Both the position numbers and the translations under genes were made by a program. Source: Octopus bimaculoides (taxonomy: Eukaryota). From it: DNA of 64,000 bases. Positions 12,811-26,430 of the stretch are shown piece by piece; the first letter of the stretch is position 1; each line of letters starts with the position of its first letter. The notes below the pieces were generated by a model. That model ran no database searches. It had not been told where the DNA came from and saw only the letters and a program-made list of their open reading frames with translations. The stretch covers positions 33,065,027 to 33,129,026 of the forward strand of contig NC_068990.1 in NCBI RefSeq assembly GCF_001194135.2, written 5' to 3'.

Positions 12811-13399
12811 ATCGTGAATACAAGACTTAATAACTTTGTTTCATCATAAATAACATTAGTGTCATGAATATATTAAGTACATCATGCATATCACTTTTAT
12901 ATCTTTGATGCATTACTATCTTTATGAACATAATGCCTGGAGTTAAGAAGTGAACACATAACCATGTAATCAGTACACATACATTTCACGGCAATTGTTT
13001 AATATTGGATCTAAGGAGCAGTGTGTGACATGTGTATGTATTTGTATGTGAAGAACAGAGACATGACTACATTTCTAGCACTACCATTGATTTCATATTA
13101 ATTTATTTTACTCTGTTCTACCATCATTGCTCCAGATCCAACAACATGGCAGCTGAGTGTCCAATCTCCAACAAGTTGTTGCAACAAAAACAGAAAAATA
13201 TTCCACAGAAGAAGAATGTGAAGAAGTACCAGAGCACATCAAGAATATGGTAGGAATATGAAGATGAAGGAAGGGGTTAAGGAGTAGAAACAAAGAATGA
13301 CAAAACAGAGAACAGGAGAAAGAATATTTTATATCATTTGGGAATGAAGGCTCTTTTATGCTAATGTGGTCAATAGTGTTTGCATTCAGTCAAGTTGAA

Positions 13400-13920
13400 T
13401 AACCAATATTGATGTGGGCAGTACAGTTTATATTCAACCACATCCTATTGATTATCTCATATTGATGTTGTCAGTACAGTTTATGTTCAGCCATTTTGGT
13501 TAATATATATATATATATGTATGTATGTATGTATGTATATATTGATATGGTCAATACAGGGTTATTTTCAGTCCTGTTGGTCATCTTTTATTGGTTTCAA
13601 GTTTTGGCACAAGGCCAGTAGGTTTGGGGGAGAGGGCCAAGTTGATAACATCGACCCCAGTGTTCAACTGGTACTTACTTTATCTACCCCATAAGGATGA
13701 ACAGCAACATCATCCTCTGCAAAATTTGTGAACTAGAATGTAAAGATGGGATAAAATGCTGCTAAGCATTTTTCCTGGTTGCTCACTGCTTTTGGTTATC
13801 TCATATTAATATGATCAGTACAGTTTGTTCAGTTATGTTGGTCATCTCATATTGATGAGGTCTGTACAGTTTATTTTCAGACATGTTGGTCAACTCATAC
13901 TAATGTGGTCATTACAGTTG
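13400..13920. repeat. ~48-bp minisatellite interrupted by a family B SINE
   Basis: Unit ATATTGATGTGGTCAGTACAGTTTATxTTCAGCCATGTTGGTCATCTC occurs about 3 times before and about 3 times after a minus-strand SINE at ~13590-13790. Confidence 0.8.
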
Positions 13921-15009
13921 AATTTCTGTGAAGAAATGTCTGTAGAAACAAATAATGGCAGTCAGAGTTCTGGAAAACTGTATAATCATGGGTAATGGCT
14001 TGGGTGAAGTGCTTATTTGTGAGGTTTGTGGGTTAGATCTGTCATTGATGAAAGGGGTAAAAAAAAATAATACAACAGAAGAAGATATGAAAGGAAATCA
14101 AGAAAAATAGAAAATTAAAAAATAAAAACAATACAATGATGAAGAAAGAAGAGGGAAAAGAAATGAAAGAAAATAAATTGAAATATGTTATGAAGAGGAT
14201 ATAGATATTGTCTGTATAGATATAATTATCTGACTAAAAATACAGAGAGAATGACAAAGATTTCTTTGGCTTTCATATTTACCAAAAAGACATTTATTGA
14301 AAGTAGAAATGAAAGGATGGAAAAATATAAATAAAAACCATATTTTTTAGTACTTTTTGGCCGCCTGTTCTTTCCATTTATAAATAATCTGTGTAGTAGA
14401 ATGCAAGCCCCTTGGCTAAATTATTCTCATTGCTTTGCTAAATCTATTTTATTTCACCGACAGTGTTGTTGCTCTTGGCAAAAATGTGGGGTTTACAATA
14501 TGGCATTGGTCCATGCTTTTATGTCTGTGACTTTTATTCTGGTTGTAAAAATAGAAATCAATATTCACTTTGCAGAAGGGAAGAGTAAGAGGAGGAAGTA
14601 AAGAGAAAGGAAAGGAGAAGAAAAATGAAAAGGAGAAGAAAGGGGAGAGGAGCAACAGGGAAAACGAAACAATTAAAAGATCAGTCAACATGTTCTAGGG
14701 AGTTTATGTTGTTCCTGGGCAAGATATGTTATGGTGTCCAATTTGATTTAGTTGTTAGGAGATTGGTAACAGATCAGGTATTTAATCTTCTGAGTAAACA
14801 TTGAGTAACCATTCCAGTGAAGCCTCCTTTTAAAGCTCCTGTACAATTTACTGCTACAGGACCACAACGAAGAATGAGAAGGCTAATGAAAGCTAATGAA
14901 GAGTATCACAGAAATTTTGTTTTTACTAAGTTACATTGGAGGTGGAAATAATTACTGGTATCTCGAACTGATATCTTGAAAGTAGGTGAGAAAGCATAAA
15001 ATATTTTTT

Positions 15010-16745
15010 ACATGCTCGTGCAGGCATTCTGTGACTTGTGAACTTGATGCCACTAATGCTTCATTAAGGTTGCTGCATGAGGGCAGGTGGCCCAGTTGTT
15101 AGGCTGTGGTGTTGCATTCAAGCTCATGTGATTTTTACGCATTTTCCTCGCAAAAACAAAAACAAATTTTAGTGGGTGCGTAAATTACACGAGTAGATCA
15201 TTTCCAGAATTTTTTCAGAAATTTTTTTGTTGAAAAATGACGTACAAATGTAAACATTTGTACCAGAATTTGACTCATTTAATGTCAGAATAGGTTTTTA
15301 CAGAAAAAATAATATAATGAAGGTTGACTTTTATTTATTCTGGATGGTATAATGCTTACTTTTTCTGTATTAATTTATTACAACCATTAAATGGTTAACT
15401 ACTTTTTGAAGTTTGTCATTCATGCTGGTAATCATGGTCCAGGCCTTATTCTACATTGCTTGGAGTTTCTACCTGTTGCAATGGAGGCCAGCAATTTCCT
15501 TAAGAAGTCTAGTTTGCGTTTGCCTCCAGGAAGCTATTGTTCGCTTTCTCCGCCTTAGGACAATGAAATTCATCACCACTGACATTGCTGCTACCAGTTC
15601 TTACTGCATCTAATGTCGACGATAACATCATAATTTATCCTTGTGCAAGTAAACTCATTAAGTGAATATGACTTAGCGTTCCTACAGAAACCTTCATTTA
15701 CCTAATATGATGTTTAATGTCATTTCATATTCATGTTGAATTATACAGCAATCTTATGTTCTTTTCATAGAACACTTGTATATATTACCGGTTCTTTTGG
15801 TATAGTAGATTTTTGCTATTCACAGACATGTATATTCTCTTCACAGACGTGTATATTCTAACAAGTCACTTCTTAAATTTCGCACCTCTCTTGTTAAACT
15901 TCCAAAGCTGTTTATTTTCTCCTTTCGCACCTCTCTTGTTAAACTTCCAAAGCTGTTTATTTTCTCCTTTCGATTTTTAATGTTTATTATGGTGGGTTAC
16001 CAAACTATCAGTTTGGTCTCCTGGCTAAAACAGTAATGACAAATTTTAAAGTTTGCTTGACATTTTATAAGAGTGAAAGGCGGTGCTCCAGCATGGCCAC
16101 AGTCAAATGACTGAAACAAGTAAAAGAATAAAAGAATATTCCATACCAAAGGTTCCAAACAGAATAGGCAGAAAATCAGAGCTTCAGACAAGAAGTCACT
16201 TTCGATCAATCAGAATTCTGTTTATTTAATCAGTTTGAACAGTCACCTTCCTCTGTTGGTTGAGTAAAGTGTCATCTGAGATGATGTTTATTGGTAATTA
16301 AACTTATTTTGCAACACTTGTGTGTATTTTACAGCTTTGTTTTTGGTGATAAGAATTAAAAACAACTTTTCCTGTGATTGTGATTTGAGAAGACATACAG
16401 AAGTATACTAAAGATCGGGCATAATCTCTTGTGGGCAAGAAATGTAAAATAAAGTTAATCATAAACAACACAAATACTTTGTAATTTAATAGCTTTCAAT
16501 GTGATGTCTGTTAAACAGAAATTATTTTTATTTAATGAAAATTTAATAAAATCTAATCATAAGTAAGTAAAATTATGCTAAATACAACTAAATTGAAAAC
16601 CTTTTCCCCCGCTGGCCATATCAGCAATTCTGAAAACTTGGGTGTGAATTTTATACAAGTAGGAGCTTTTTTTAACAATTTTTATTCTGAAAATCACCTG
16701 TGTAAATTACAAAGGTGCGCAAATTACATTGGTTTTTATAGTATT
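15010..16745 (-). mobile_element. Decayed pogo/Tigger-like DNA transposon
   Basis: Terminal-like GGTGCGCAAATTACATTGGTTTTTATAGTA at ~16714-16743 and related GGGTGCGTAAATTACACGAGT at ~15174. Minus-strand frameshifted KSYSLN...TIASWRQ...WPPLQ at ~15440-15680 resembles a pogo N-terminal DNA-binding region. Boundaries uncertain. Confidence 0.5.
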
Positions 16746-16844
16746 AGATTTTTCACTATTTGCTCTTTTTAAAATTTCAAACAGCTCCGTGCAGCAAAGC
16801 CTGCACCCATATCTGCAGCTTGAGTACAGTTTAAAGCCTTGTTG

Positions 16845-17150
16845 GTAGATGTGGTAGCCAGAAACGGAAAGAAGCCAATTGTACATGTATATATATGATG
16901 TGTATATGTGCAGTTGTGTGTGTACATGTGTGCATGCGTGCATGTGTGTGAGTTTGTTTCCCCCCACCACCACCTCTGCTGGTGTGTTTATGTCCCCATA
17001 ATTTAGCAGTTTGGCAAAGGACGTCGATAGAATAAATACCAGGCTTTAACAATATGCTGTGGTTGATTCATTCAAGCAAAAATTCTGCAAGGTAGTGCTC
17101 CAGCATGGCTGTAGTTTGAGACTGAATCAAGTAAAAGATAACGATAAAAG
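16845..17150 (+). mobile_element. SINE family A, 3' part
   Basis: GAAACGGAAAGAAGCC-(TG)n-...GATAGAATAAATACCAGG...GGTAGTGCTCCAGCATGGC tail. Confidence 0.7.
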
Positions 17151-19099
17151 ATATATGTGTGTGTGTGTGTGTATTCTTTTATTTTTTTAATTGTTCCAGT
17201 CATCTGACTGAAGCCATGCTGGAGCACCACCTAAAATTTCAGATCAGTAGAATATATAATATATATTAACATATAAATATATAAAAATATCTGAAGTCTT
17301 GTAGTGCTTTCTAAATTTAATTGTGTCAATCTTGCTAAAACTAAAGGGTTTGATGAAACACAATTAGCACTGTGTAAAAAGAAAACAAAAACAATAAAAC
17401 ACATCTACTGCATTCATTTGGTTAAAATTTGTCAATACAAGATACGTAATATTCATTAGTGTACATTGTAAATATGGTTTATACTTGCTGCTAATTTTTT
17501 ACCTGTTGTCATAAAATTATTCCTGCCTAGGTAAGATGAGTATAGTGACGTTGGCAAAATGGAAGTGTTTTCACCTATATTATCAAAAATATCGATTACT
17601 GGGCACCAACTCCAAATCAAAATCTTTAATAATTAATTAAATAATAACTAAATCATTAATAAATAATGTCACCAAACTATTATGGTATTAATTGCAATTA
17701 AGTTAAAAAATGAAAAGAACTTCAAAGAAAATTTCTTTACAAAGCACGAAAAACATAAACATGGGGTGTTAACAAGAAACCTTTTGATATAAGGTTTTTT
17801 CTAAAATGAGGACAGATTTTGTTTCTCCTACAGAAAGTGCTTAATTTCAATTTTGAATCCCTAAACAACATTATTTGAACTCCGGTTTGCTGTGATTTGG
17901 GATTTAATGACAGCAGCAGGTGTCTGTGGTATAGGACTTTTAGAGTTAAAAAGAATGAAATGTGGAAAATAATCAAGATATATATTAGAATAAACATACA
18001 TGTTGTATATATTCTTTACCTGGATATGTATCCATGTTTCGAGTTCAAATGTGCATAAAAAAATTATATACACAAAGAGAATGAATATTCAATATATTCT
18101 CCAACTGAAAAACTATTTTGTTATAATGCACACTATTTTAATGATGTACTGAGAATTGGATTTAAAGAGAAACTAATATCTATATGTGTGTGTGTATGTG
18201 TGTGTATGTGTATGTGTGTGTGTGTGTGTGTATGTGTGTCAATATGTATGTATATGTATGCGCTAGAACGAAACCAGAAAAATAGTAGAACTATGAAAAT
18301 AGAAAAACTAGGAATACAAAAATCATCTAATTTAATCTAACTTTTAGTATGAATGTAGTGTCCAACATAGCTAGAAAAATCTGAATGTAGATAAAAAAAT
18401 ATTTCTCCATCAACCATAAGTACCACAAGCTGTTTAAAAAGCAGCTTAAAAGTTAGCAATATTTGTGTGAGAAAAAACATTGACTCACAGATAGCTCAGG
18501 GTGATAAGACTAACGTCACACTTTGAAGCAAATCACATTATTCACCAAAATGTAACTTCACAATAAAATATCCAGTTTATTCAAAAGAAAGCGTCTCACA
18601 AAAAGTTCTATTATACCAAATGAAAGTATAATCCAAAGATGGTATCAGTAAGGATTATATTGGGTACACAGAAAATATGCTGAAAGGGACCTGTGTGCAA
18701 TATAGTTTCTCTTTCAGTAACAAAAAGGAAGTAGATAAAGAATTCTACTTCACTCTCTCAGTATATCTGGAGACTGAAAGAGAAAGAGAATAGAAGTGAT
18801 AACTCAGTAAACAAGTCCAGAATTGAAATCATAAACCTTAGGTTAAAGGATCAAAAAAATGCCTGCACTTGATCCCAAATACCTGCAAGAATTACAAGAA
18901 CTGAATGCAGTTAAAACGCTCTTGGTAACAACATCTGATTATAACAGTAATATCCACTAATCAGGAAGAAATATAATTAAAAATTGATCAATGATATTAA
19001 GGTAAAACTGTGAACAAATTTTGTGCTTTTATTTAAAAACAAAGCAAATGAATCTTTAGTTTCAAATAAATGAATATGACCATATATGCATACAGATAC

Positions 19100-19281
19100 A
19101 TATGCAGAATATGCATGTAGCTGTATGATAAGAAGTTTACTTCCGAACCACCTGGTTCTGGGTTCAGTCCCACTGCATAGCACTTTGGGAAAGTGTCTTC
19201 TACTACAGCCTCGGATTGACCAAAGCCTTGTGAGTGGATTTGGTAGATGGAAACTGAACAAAAAGCCAGTCATATATGTGT
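19100..19281 (+). mobile_element. SINE family A, 5' part
   Basis: GGTTCAGTCCCACTGCATAGCACTTTGGGAAAGTGTCTTC...GGAAACTGAACAAAAAGCC, running into an N gap. Confidence 0.8.
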
Positions 19282-19618
19282 NNNNNNNNNNNNNNNNNNN
19301 NNNNNNNNNNNNNNNNNNNNNNNNNNNNNNNNNNNNNNNNNNNNNNNNNNNNNNNNNNNNNNNNNNNNNNNNNNNNNNNNNNNNNNNNNNNNNNNNNNNN
19401 NNNNNNNNNNNNNNNNNNNNNNNNNNNNNNNNNNNNNNNNNNNNNNNNNNNNNNNNNNNNNNNNNNNNNNNNNNNNNNNNNNNNNNNNNNNNNNNNNNNN
19501 NNNNNNNNNNNNNNNNNNNNNNNNNNNNNNNNNNNNNNNNNNNNNNNNNNNNNNNNNNNNNNNNNNNNNNNNNNNNNNNNNNNNNNNNNNNNNNNNNNNN
19601 NNNNNNNNNNNNNNNNNN

Positions 19619-19669
<51 letters not shown>

Positions 19670-19786
19670 TACACATGCAGAATAGTATTCCCATATATAC
19701 ATACAGAAAGAAACATAAGAAGAATCTGACTATAAAGAAGGCAAGATAACCAAGTGGTGGACACAATGTAGTTTCATCACTTAAAA

Positions 19787-20033
19787 CAGGGTTTCTCAAC
19801 CAGAATGCACATGATCCCTGGGAGTCCATATAAGTTTTATGTGCAACAAATTACTTCCACCTGCACAGTACACAAAATGCTTTAACAATTCTATTATATA
19901 ATTCCTAAGAGTATTTAACTATAAAAATATAATAGGGTTTATTTTATAAATATTGAATGGGTATGAGGGTCCAGTACGAGGGTAAAATAGGAATCCAAGG
20001 GGTCTGTAGGCAAAATGTGGTTGAGAAACACTG
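19787..20033. mobile_element. hAT-type MITE with 8-bp TSD
   Basis: TIRs CAGGGTTTCTCAACC / GGTTGAGAAACACTG (one mismatch). Flanks ACTTAAAA (19779-19786) and ACTTAAAT (20034-20041). Confidence 0.85.
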
Positions 20034-20071
20034 ACTTAAATATGATCATAGTAAAAGAGGTAATCTATATA

Positions 20072-20320
20072 CAGTAATCTGTCACTATATCGCGGTTCAC
20101 TTATCATGGTTCACCTATTATGGTTTATTATTGAAGCTTACGTCGATTCCTCTGTGGTGTTGTTTTGCATTTAAAATAAAAGAAATATATACAAATTATA
20201 AAAATAAAAAAATATACAATATAGAACTGCTTCTATTTTGAGAATGTTCACCTATCGTGTGTGTGTGTGTGTGTGTGGGGGGGAACATAACACCCGTGAT
20301 ATATATAGAGGGGGCATGTG
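20072..20320. mobile_element. Tigger/pogo-type MITE (degenerate)
   Basis: TA|CAGTAATCTGTCACTATATCGCGGTTCAC at the left end; TTCACCTATCG...GGAACATAACACCCGTGATA..GAGGGG at the right end. Confidence 0.6.
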
Positions 20321-20651
20321 TGTTTAAAAACATTAATTGAAAGAGCTCACACACTAGAAAAAAACTTCTTCCCAAAAATTGTTATTAATATCCTGATAAA
20401 AGATTTCATTACATTTTTTAAAACATAATTCTTTTAAACATATCACCTTTATACTTTAANNNNNNNNNNNNNNNNNNNNNNNNNNNNNNNNNNNNNNNNN
20501 NNNNNNNNNNNNNNNNNNNNNNNNNNNNNNNNNNNNNNNNNNNNNNNNNNNNNNNNNNNNNNNNNNNNNNNNNNNNNNNNNNNNNNNNNNNNNNNNNNNN
20601 NNNNNNNNNNNNNNNNNTATATATATATACATACACACACACACACACATA

Positions 20652-21060
20652 TCATCATCATCATCATCGTTTAGCATCTGCCTTCTGTGCTGGCATGGGT
20701 GGGATGGTTTGACAAGAGCTGGCCAGGCAGAATCTTGCACCAGACTTCTGTGACTGCTTTGGCTGGATGCTCTTCCTAACACCAACCACCCAGCAGAGTA
20801 AACTTGGTGCTTTTTACATGGCACAAGCATAGGTGAGGTTAGTTTTGGCAAAGTTTTTACAGCTGGATGCCCTTCCAAACACCAACCACTTTACAGTGTG
20901 GACTGGATGCTTTTTAAGTGGCACCTACACTGACAGGGTCACCAAGTAACTTGCAAGACAAATATCTTTTGAGAGAGGAGGGGGAATTAGAGGCAGTGAT
21001 CTTGTGTCAGATGATGAAAGGTTACAGTGAGACAGAGATACAGAAACAGGTGTCTTGCTG
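20652..21060 (-). mobile_element. RTE-type LINE 3' UTR fragment with (GAT)n tail
   Basis: (ATC)n followed by GTTTAGCATCTGCC...CAGCTGGATGCCCTTCC, homologous to 40229-40450. Confidence 0.7.
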
Positions 21061-21995
21061 TAGGGGAGGTATATATACAACAACTTCTGTCTACCAAATC
21101 CACTCATAAGGCTTTGGTTACCTGGGCTATAGTAGAAGACACTTGTCCAAGATGCTATACAGTAGGATAAAACCTAGAACCAAGTGATTTGGAATCAAAC
21201 TTTACCACACAGCCATATTTTGAAACTTATTAGCAAGATGAGGAATATTAAAATTAATGGTAAAGTTTATCATGGAATTCACCGGATAAACAACACATTC
21301 TATGCATTCAACAATTATAGCTTATTTAGTGTTGAACATATCTTAGTTTTTATATCTCAGTATTTATGTTATAGTCTAGCATGAGAAAGAAATAAAAGTG
21401 GGGGGAACAAAATAAAAAAGATAATAAAAAAATAACAGCAGAAAATACTAACTTGGGTGACATGAAGAAGCAAAAGACATTCGTAAGAGAATTGGTTAAA
21501 AACTAAGCAACTGAAGTACTTCAGTGTTTACACAATGACATCGAGCTAACGAGATAATTTCATTTACTAATAAGATTCATCCTAAGATGTTTACTGAATA
21601 TTCTACTTCTTAACTTAATTGGTTTCTTGTTATAATTGTTTTACTGATAGGATATGTGGGTGAGAGGAGATTGGTAGAGATGTGGTAGGAGGCTGGAGAG
21701 GAGAGTGGGGTGAAGCAATTGGACAAAAGACTAAATGTGATGACATTTAGTTTCAGCAACAAAAACAACTAATAGCAGTGATTTCATTATGTAAGTGATT
21801 GATGGTTTGGCAGATGCAGTGGAGTTGTTAAAATTCTGTTGCTATGTGCCTTTTGTGCTTTGATTTCAAACCTTGCTGGTGCTGATTTTCTCTTTTATTA
21901 TGGTGGAATTTGAACTCAGAACATGCAGACTGACAAAATACCACTAAGCATTTCACCCACCATGCTAACAATTCTGCCAGCTGGTTACCTTAATG

Positions 21996-22029
<34 letters not shown>

Positions 22030-22270
22030 TAATAATAATAATCCTTTCTACTATAGGCACACAGTCTGGATTTTGTGGAGAGGGAGACAGTCGATCACAT
22101 CGACCCCAGTACTCGACTGGTACTTAATTTATCGATCCCAAAAGGATGAAAGGCAAAGTTGACCTCGGTGGAATTTGAACTCAGAACATAATGGCAGACA
22201 AAATACTTAATGTATATATATATATATACATATATACACACATACATATATACATTTATATATATCTATA

Positions 22271-22692
22271 TTCTTTTATTCTGTTACTTGTTTCAGTCAT
22301 TTGACTGCGGCCATTCAGGAGCACTGCCTTTAGTTGAACAAATCGACCCCAGGACTTATTTTTTGTAAGCCTAGTACTTATTCTACTAGTCTCTTTTGCC
22401 AAGCCACTAAGTTAGAGGGACATAAACCCACTAACATCGATTGTCAAGCGATGGTGGGAGGGCAAACACAGACACACAAACCAGCACACACACACATGCG
22501 CGCATGGACCCCCACCCCCCACACATATATGACGGGCTTCTTTTAGTTTCCGTCTACCAAATTCACACACAAGGCTTTGTTCAGCCCAAGGCTATAGTAG
22601 CATACACTTGCCTGAGGTGCCACATAGTGGAGCTAAACCTGGAACCATATGGTTAGGAAGCAAGGCTTCTTACCAAACAGCCACTCCTGCAC
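22271..22692 (-). mobile_element. SINE family A, near full length
   Basis: Reverse complement spans head (GTGCAGGAGTGGCTG), internal microsatellite and tail (GCAGTCAAATGACTGAAACAAG). Confidence 0.85.
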
Positions 22693-23519
22693 TTATCACC
22701 TATATACACACATACATATAAGTTGTAACTATATTTTGCAATCAATGTGTACCACACTCAGTGAATTACAGCCCTTCAGTCATAAGTCCGATCCTTTCCA
22801 ATGAGCTTTTATACAGTTTCTTCTGCCCAATTTCATTCACACAGCTTCAGTGGACCTAATACTACACCGTAAAAGATAATTTAGCTAGATGCCATGCAGT
22901 GGAATTGAGCCTCTAATTTAACTTCATTATTGCCTAGGAAACTTATCAGTAATCCAGCCATGTTCCATCCATCCATACACACACACACTCACACATACAT
23001 GTGTGTGTGTGTGTGTGTGTATATATGTTTGTATATGTACATGTGTATTGCTCAAGTTCTAAAAAGTCTCTGCAAGCGTGTGTGTGCAGGTAGGTAGGTA
23101 TGCATATTATGTATGACTTGATATATTTTCAGTTCATTCCATTTACATTGTATATTCTATATATACATACACATGTGCTTTTTGTGGGATGGAACCCCTA
23201 CAGTCCAGCTGTCATTCAGGAACAAGCAGGACTAAATAGGATGCCCTCTGCTATTGGTGATTGTTTTGGGTGCCAATTTCACATATACAACTGTTATTAA
23301 CACCAATATAGGTATTATAATGAATACAAGGAAATGACTGCTTTTTCACAGTAATGCCTTTTGGATGAAAAAGAATGAAGATGAACTATTTAATGTCACC
23401 ATAGGAAGACATCATGGAGCAGAGGTAGCAGATCTGGATGGTCTCTGCATCCTACATGGAATATAGGCTTATATAGGGACAACAATTTAGGAGCAGGTAC
23501 ATAAGAATGGTAGTAATAT

Positions 23520-24520
23520 GGATAAGAAAAATGTTATGCAAAATATTTAGTCAACTTAATTTAAAGAACACAGTTATCACTGATCTTATGCTCATTTCCT
23601 AGACATGAAAATAAATCATAGTACAGGCAAATATGAACTTTTTCATAAATCAAATAAGGAAACTCCTGCATTGACAAAGGTTTTGATAATCCGTCATCAA
23701 TGATTAAACAATTAATAGCATTAACAAGTGTGTTTTCAAGTTATCCTCTGGTGAAGCAACTTTCAAAAAGGTAGCTCCATATTACAACACTACAATAGAA
23801 AGATCTAATTTTAAAAACAATATAAACTATATTTGAACCAAATTTAGAGTGGACAAAAAGATAGAGATGTAGCAAAATTTTGTGATATAAACCTCCATAT
23901 AATACAAGCATAGGTACAAGTGTGGCTAAGATGATTTCTGAGACTTATAGATACCCATTTCCCACACTCTCATAAATATCGCCAGATATTTAATAGAAAC
24001 GTGGTTAAAGTTAGCTATAGTTGCCTCTTAAACATAATATCAATGATCTTCAATTACAATTTGAAAAATAGCATTAGGAACACCTCTCATAGATCTTAAA
24101 TTTATAGATCCCACAATAACTGTCATCTGAAAAATATATGCCTGGAAAAAGAACTGATTTACAAAACTAACATCACTGACACGGATGGGATCGTAAGAAT
24201 GTACATTGGAATGAATGGAAATAGCTTCATGGAAAGACACTTGCAACACTTGGCTTCATTTAGAGATAAGCACAACAGACACATCTTTATCTCAGATGAC
24301 ATGGAACCTTAATGACAGGAGCGTGGACAACCACCCCCTTATAAAATGGAGCATTGTAGCTAAGACCAGTAAATACACGGAACAAAGCAACAGATAGAAC
24401 CTCTGTATCACAGAAATAAAACACCATAATTACAATGGCAAATATTAAGAACATTAGGGAAGAAACTTTCTCACTTTGTATGCACAAACGACAAGTACAA
24501 AATTTTAAGTATAAATACCT
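23520..24520 (+). mobile_element. Penelope-like retroelement remnant (RT C-terminus, linker and GIY-YIG endonuclease)
   Basis: Frameshifted FLDMKINHSTGKYE, FLRLIDTHFPHSHKYRQIFNRNVVKVSYSCL, CLEKELIYK...MYIG...F.ERH..H..SF, SLSQMTWNL...IKWSIV and NLCITE motifs. Confidence 0.85.
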
Positions 24521-24803
24521 CATCACCTGTCCAACCAGGATAAATTTAAGGTAATCTGTTATTATTGATTATGTATGCAATATGCATATTAGACATATAT
24601 TCCCAAGAACTTATGGTGGAATTCTTAACTGCACACTAATATATATCATATATATAACACACACACATGCAAGACATAACATATATCTTATGAACTCACA
24701 TTTAAAACCTTCGAAAACTTCCTAAATAATATAATACAGATGAATACACATTCACAAAATGCAGGCATGTCACAAGTCATGTACATACATGCATATATAT
24801 TTC

Positions 24804-24841
<38 letters not shown>

Positions 24842-26321
24842 TGGGATATTGATACATTCTCATGTATCAATATCTCATTTCCTTACATGATGCTATTAAT
24901 ATATCTTGAGCTCAAATTCTGGAAAAAAGCCAAGGAAGATAAAAACGAAAGAAATCCCTAAAGAGTTGTCTTCTCTTATGTTTATCTATTTATTCTGAAA
25001 TCCTGTATATTCTAATGTATGTCATGTTGTTCCATTCAAAATGGAGGCGATACCAACATATTTAAGTAGCTTGCTTGAAAAATGAAATTGTAGAATTTCT
25101 GTCCATGTGAAACTATTGGTAGCATTATTAATGCACATGCACACATGCGCGCACACACACACATGCTCACCACCTATACATGCACAAAATAGAAGAAAAC
25201 AGGTTTCAAGGAGACAAAAGTTCATCATCTGTAGAGCAGTATAATAAAATGTGTTGTGTCCTGTTGACTTGCACATAGATATGCAAAGAATTAAATGAAA
25301 GTTTAGCCTCATTAGAGAATTAAATGAGAGTGTAAGTGATTTGGAATGGCTACACTCACAAATTAAATTATATTTTTTTATTACAACAAAAATGAATTCT
25401 TTGAAGATTAAGTAACATCAATAAAATATTCTAAATAACACTGAATAAAAATATTAAATAACTGAGGGGAAAATAAAATACAAGAAAGAATATTCATTAT
25501 CCTCAATATCAGAATGAAATATATTCTATAGGTTAGTAGTGTTTACCTAGCATCCTAGCAGTACTCTGTCCAGTTTCTGGAAGTATGTTCTGTACTTAAA
25601 GATATCAACAGAATGGCTACAAGAAAATGTCACTTGATTAAGAACACATTGCAGTATTCTAAATAACAATGGAACAAGTTCTATTTTATGATGTAGTCCC
25701 TTCACATATTTCTTTGAGTCTTCAGTGTTCTCTCACTATTGATTAGAACATGTCATGGGAATTCATTGGTGGTGCCGTCTATGATCACATGTTTAACAAT
25801 ATCAGAATTAAATAGTTTTTGATATATTTTGAGATGAGTCGCTGTTATTGGAATTTTGACGCCAAATATATTGATTAAAAACATTTTCTGTTTTTTTTTA
25901 ATGTCCACCTACCTACTGTGAAAACAAGCTTTTGAAATGTATGTAAAACATGGAGATATATTCCGTATATTCATGAAATACTTTTAGAGAGAGACTAATC
26001 GTGTTGTTAGGTGGTTGCTATGGCAGCTAAACTAATAAGATCATCATTACCATAATCATCATCAACACCATCATCATCTTTGGAACTTGTGGTGGTAGGG
26101 GACCCATCACGGTTGCCATCATCATTGTCATATTCAGTATAATATAACCAGATTATTAACTCGTTGGACTAAAAACTCGAAGTCCAAAATTTCCATTTTG
26201 CCAGAGGCATTAGGTTAGCTATCTACAGAACAACATTCAACAAACCGTCGTTATTGGTTTTGGTGCCAAAAACATTCATTACAAAAAAGAGAATAAAAAT
26301 AAAAACAAAATATCCACTTAC

Positions 26322-26430
26322 CTTTCTATGATTGCTGGTTTTCACTGGGTCATAATTGAAATTCAAGTGAGACATGGACAAGTCTTTTGGATTTACATAA
26401 AATTGTTTTATGAAGAATCAATTTCACCTC
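26322..26430 (-). pseudogene. Diverged partial duplicate (pseudo-exon) of the 3' half of the CCP6 exon, with its donor site
   Basis: 26417-26322 reads FFIKQFYVNPKDLSMSHLNFNYDPVKTSNHRK and aligns without gaps to VFPKLLRMNAEDFSMSNTNFNRDAVKAGTGRR (62/93 nt by hand count). It is followed by GTAAGTGGATATTTTG versus GTAAGTGGAATATTTTG in the real intron. In-frame TGA at 26426-26424 and 26420-26418; no good acceptor. Confidence 0.8.

Noticed and set aside
12618-13920. Regularly repeated units as a CRISPR-like array
   Set aside because: Units are degenerate, head-to-tail and lack unique spacers, in a eukaryotic context; these are minisatellites.
17861-18073. Minus-strand ORF with IYLDYF as a possible CCP6 last exon
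   Set aside because: No KLGRN motif upstream, weak acceptors and only a short match.
18740-18795. Strong minus-strand acceptor (TTCTCTTTCTCTTTCAG) in CCP6 sense orientation
   Set aside because: All three frames stop within 9 codons and such CT tracts are common here; unsupported without RNA data.
18977-19829. Several ORFs over 150 aa spanning N runs
   Set aside because: Length comes from assembly gaps and (TA)n; the same applies near 237-804, 20418-20878, 36041-36717 and 38540-38829.
22800-22840. Minus-strand MKLGRRN resembling CCP6 MKLGRN
   Set aside because: Lies inside a degenerate SINE A copy.
25755-25800. Minus-strand HVIIDGTTNEFP resembling CCP6 YIISGTTAAVP
   Set aside because: Followed at once by a stop, the upstream YTLEVSF motif is absent, and there are no splice sites; chance similarity.
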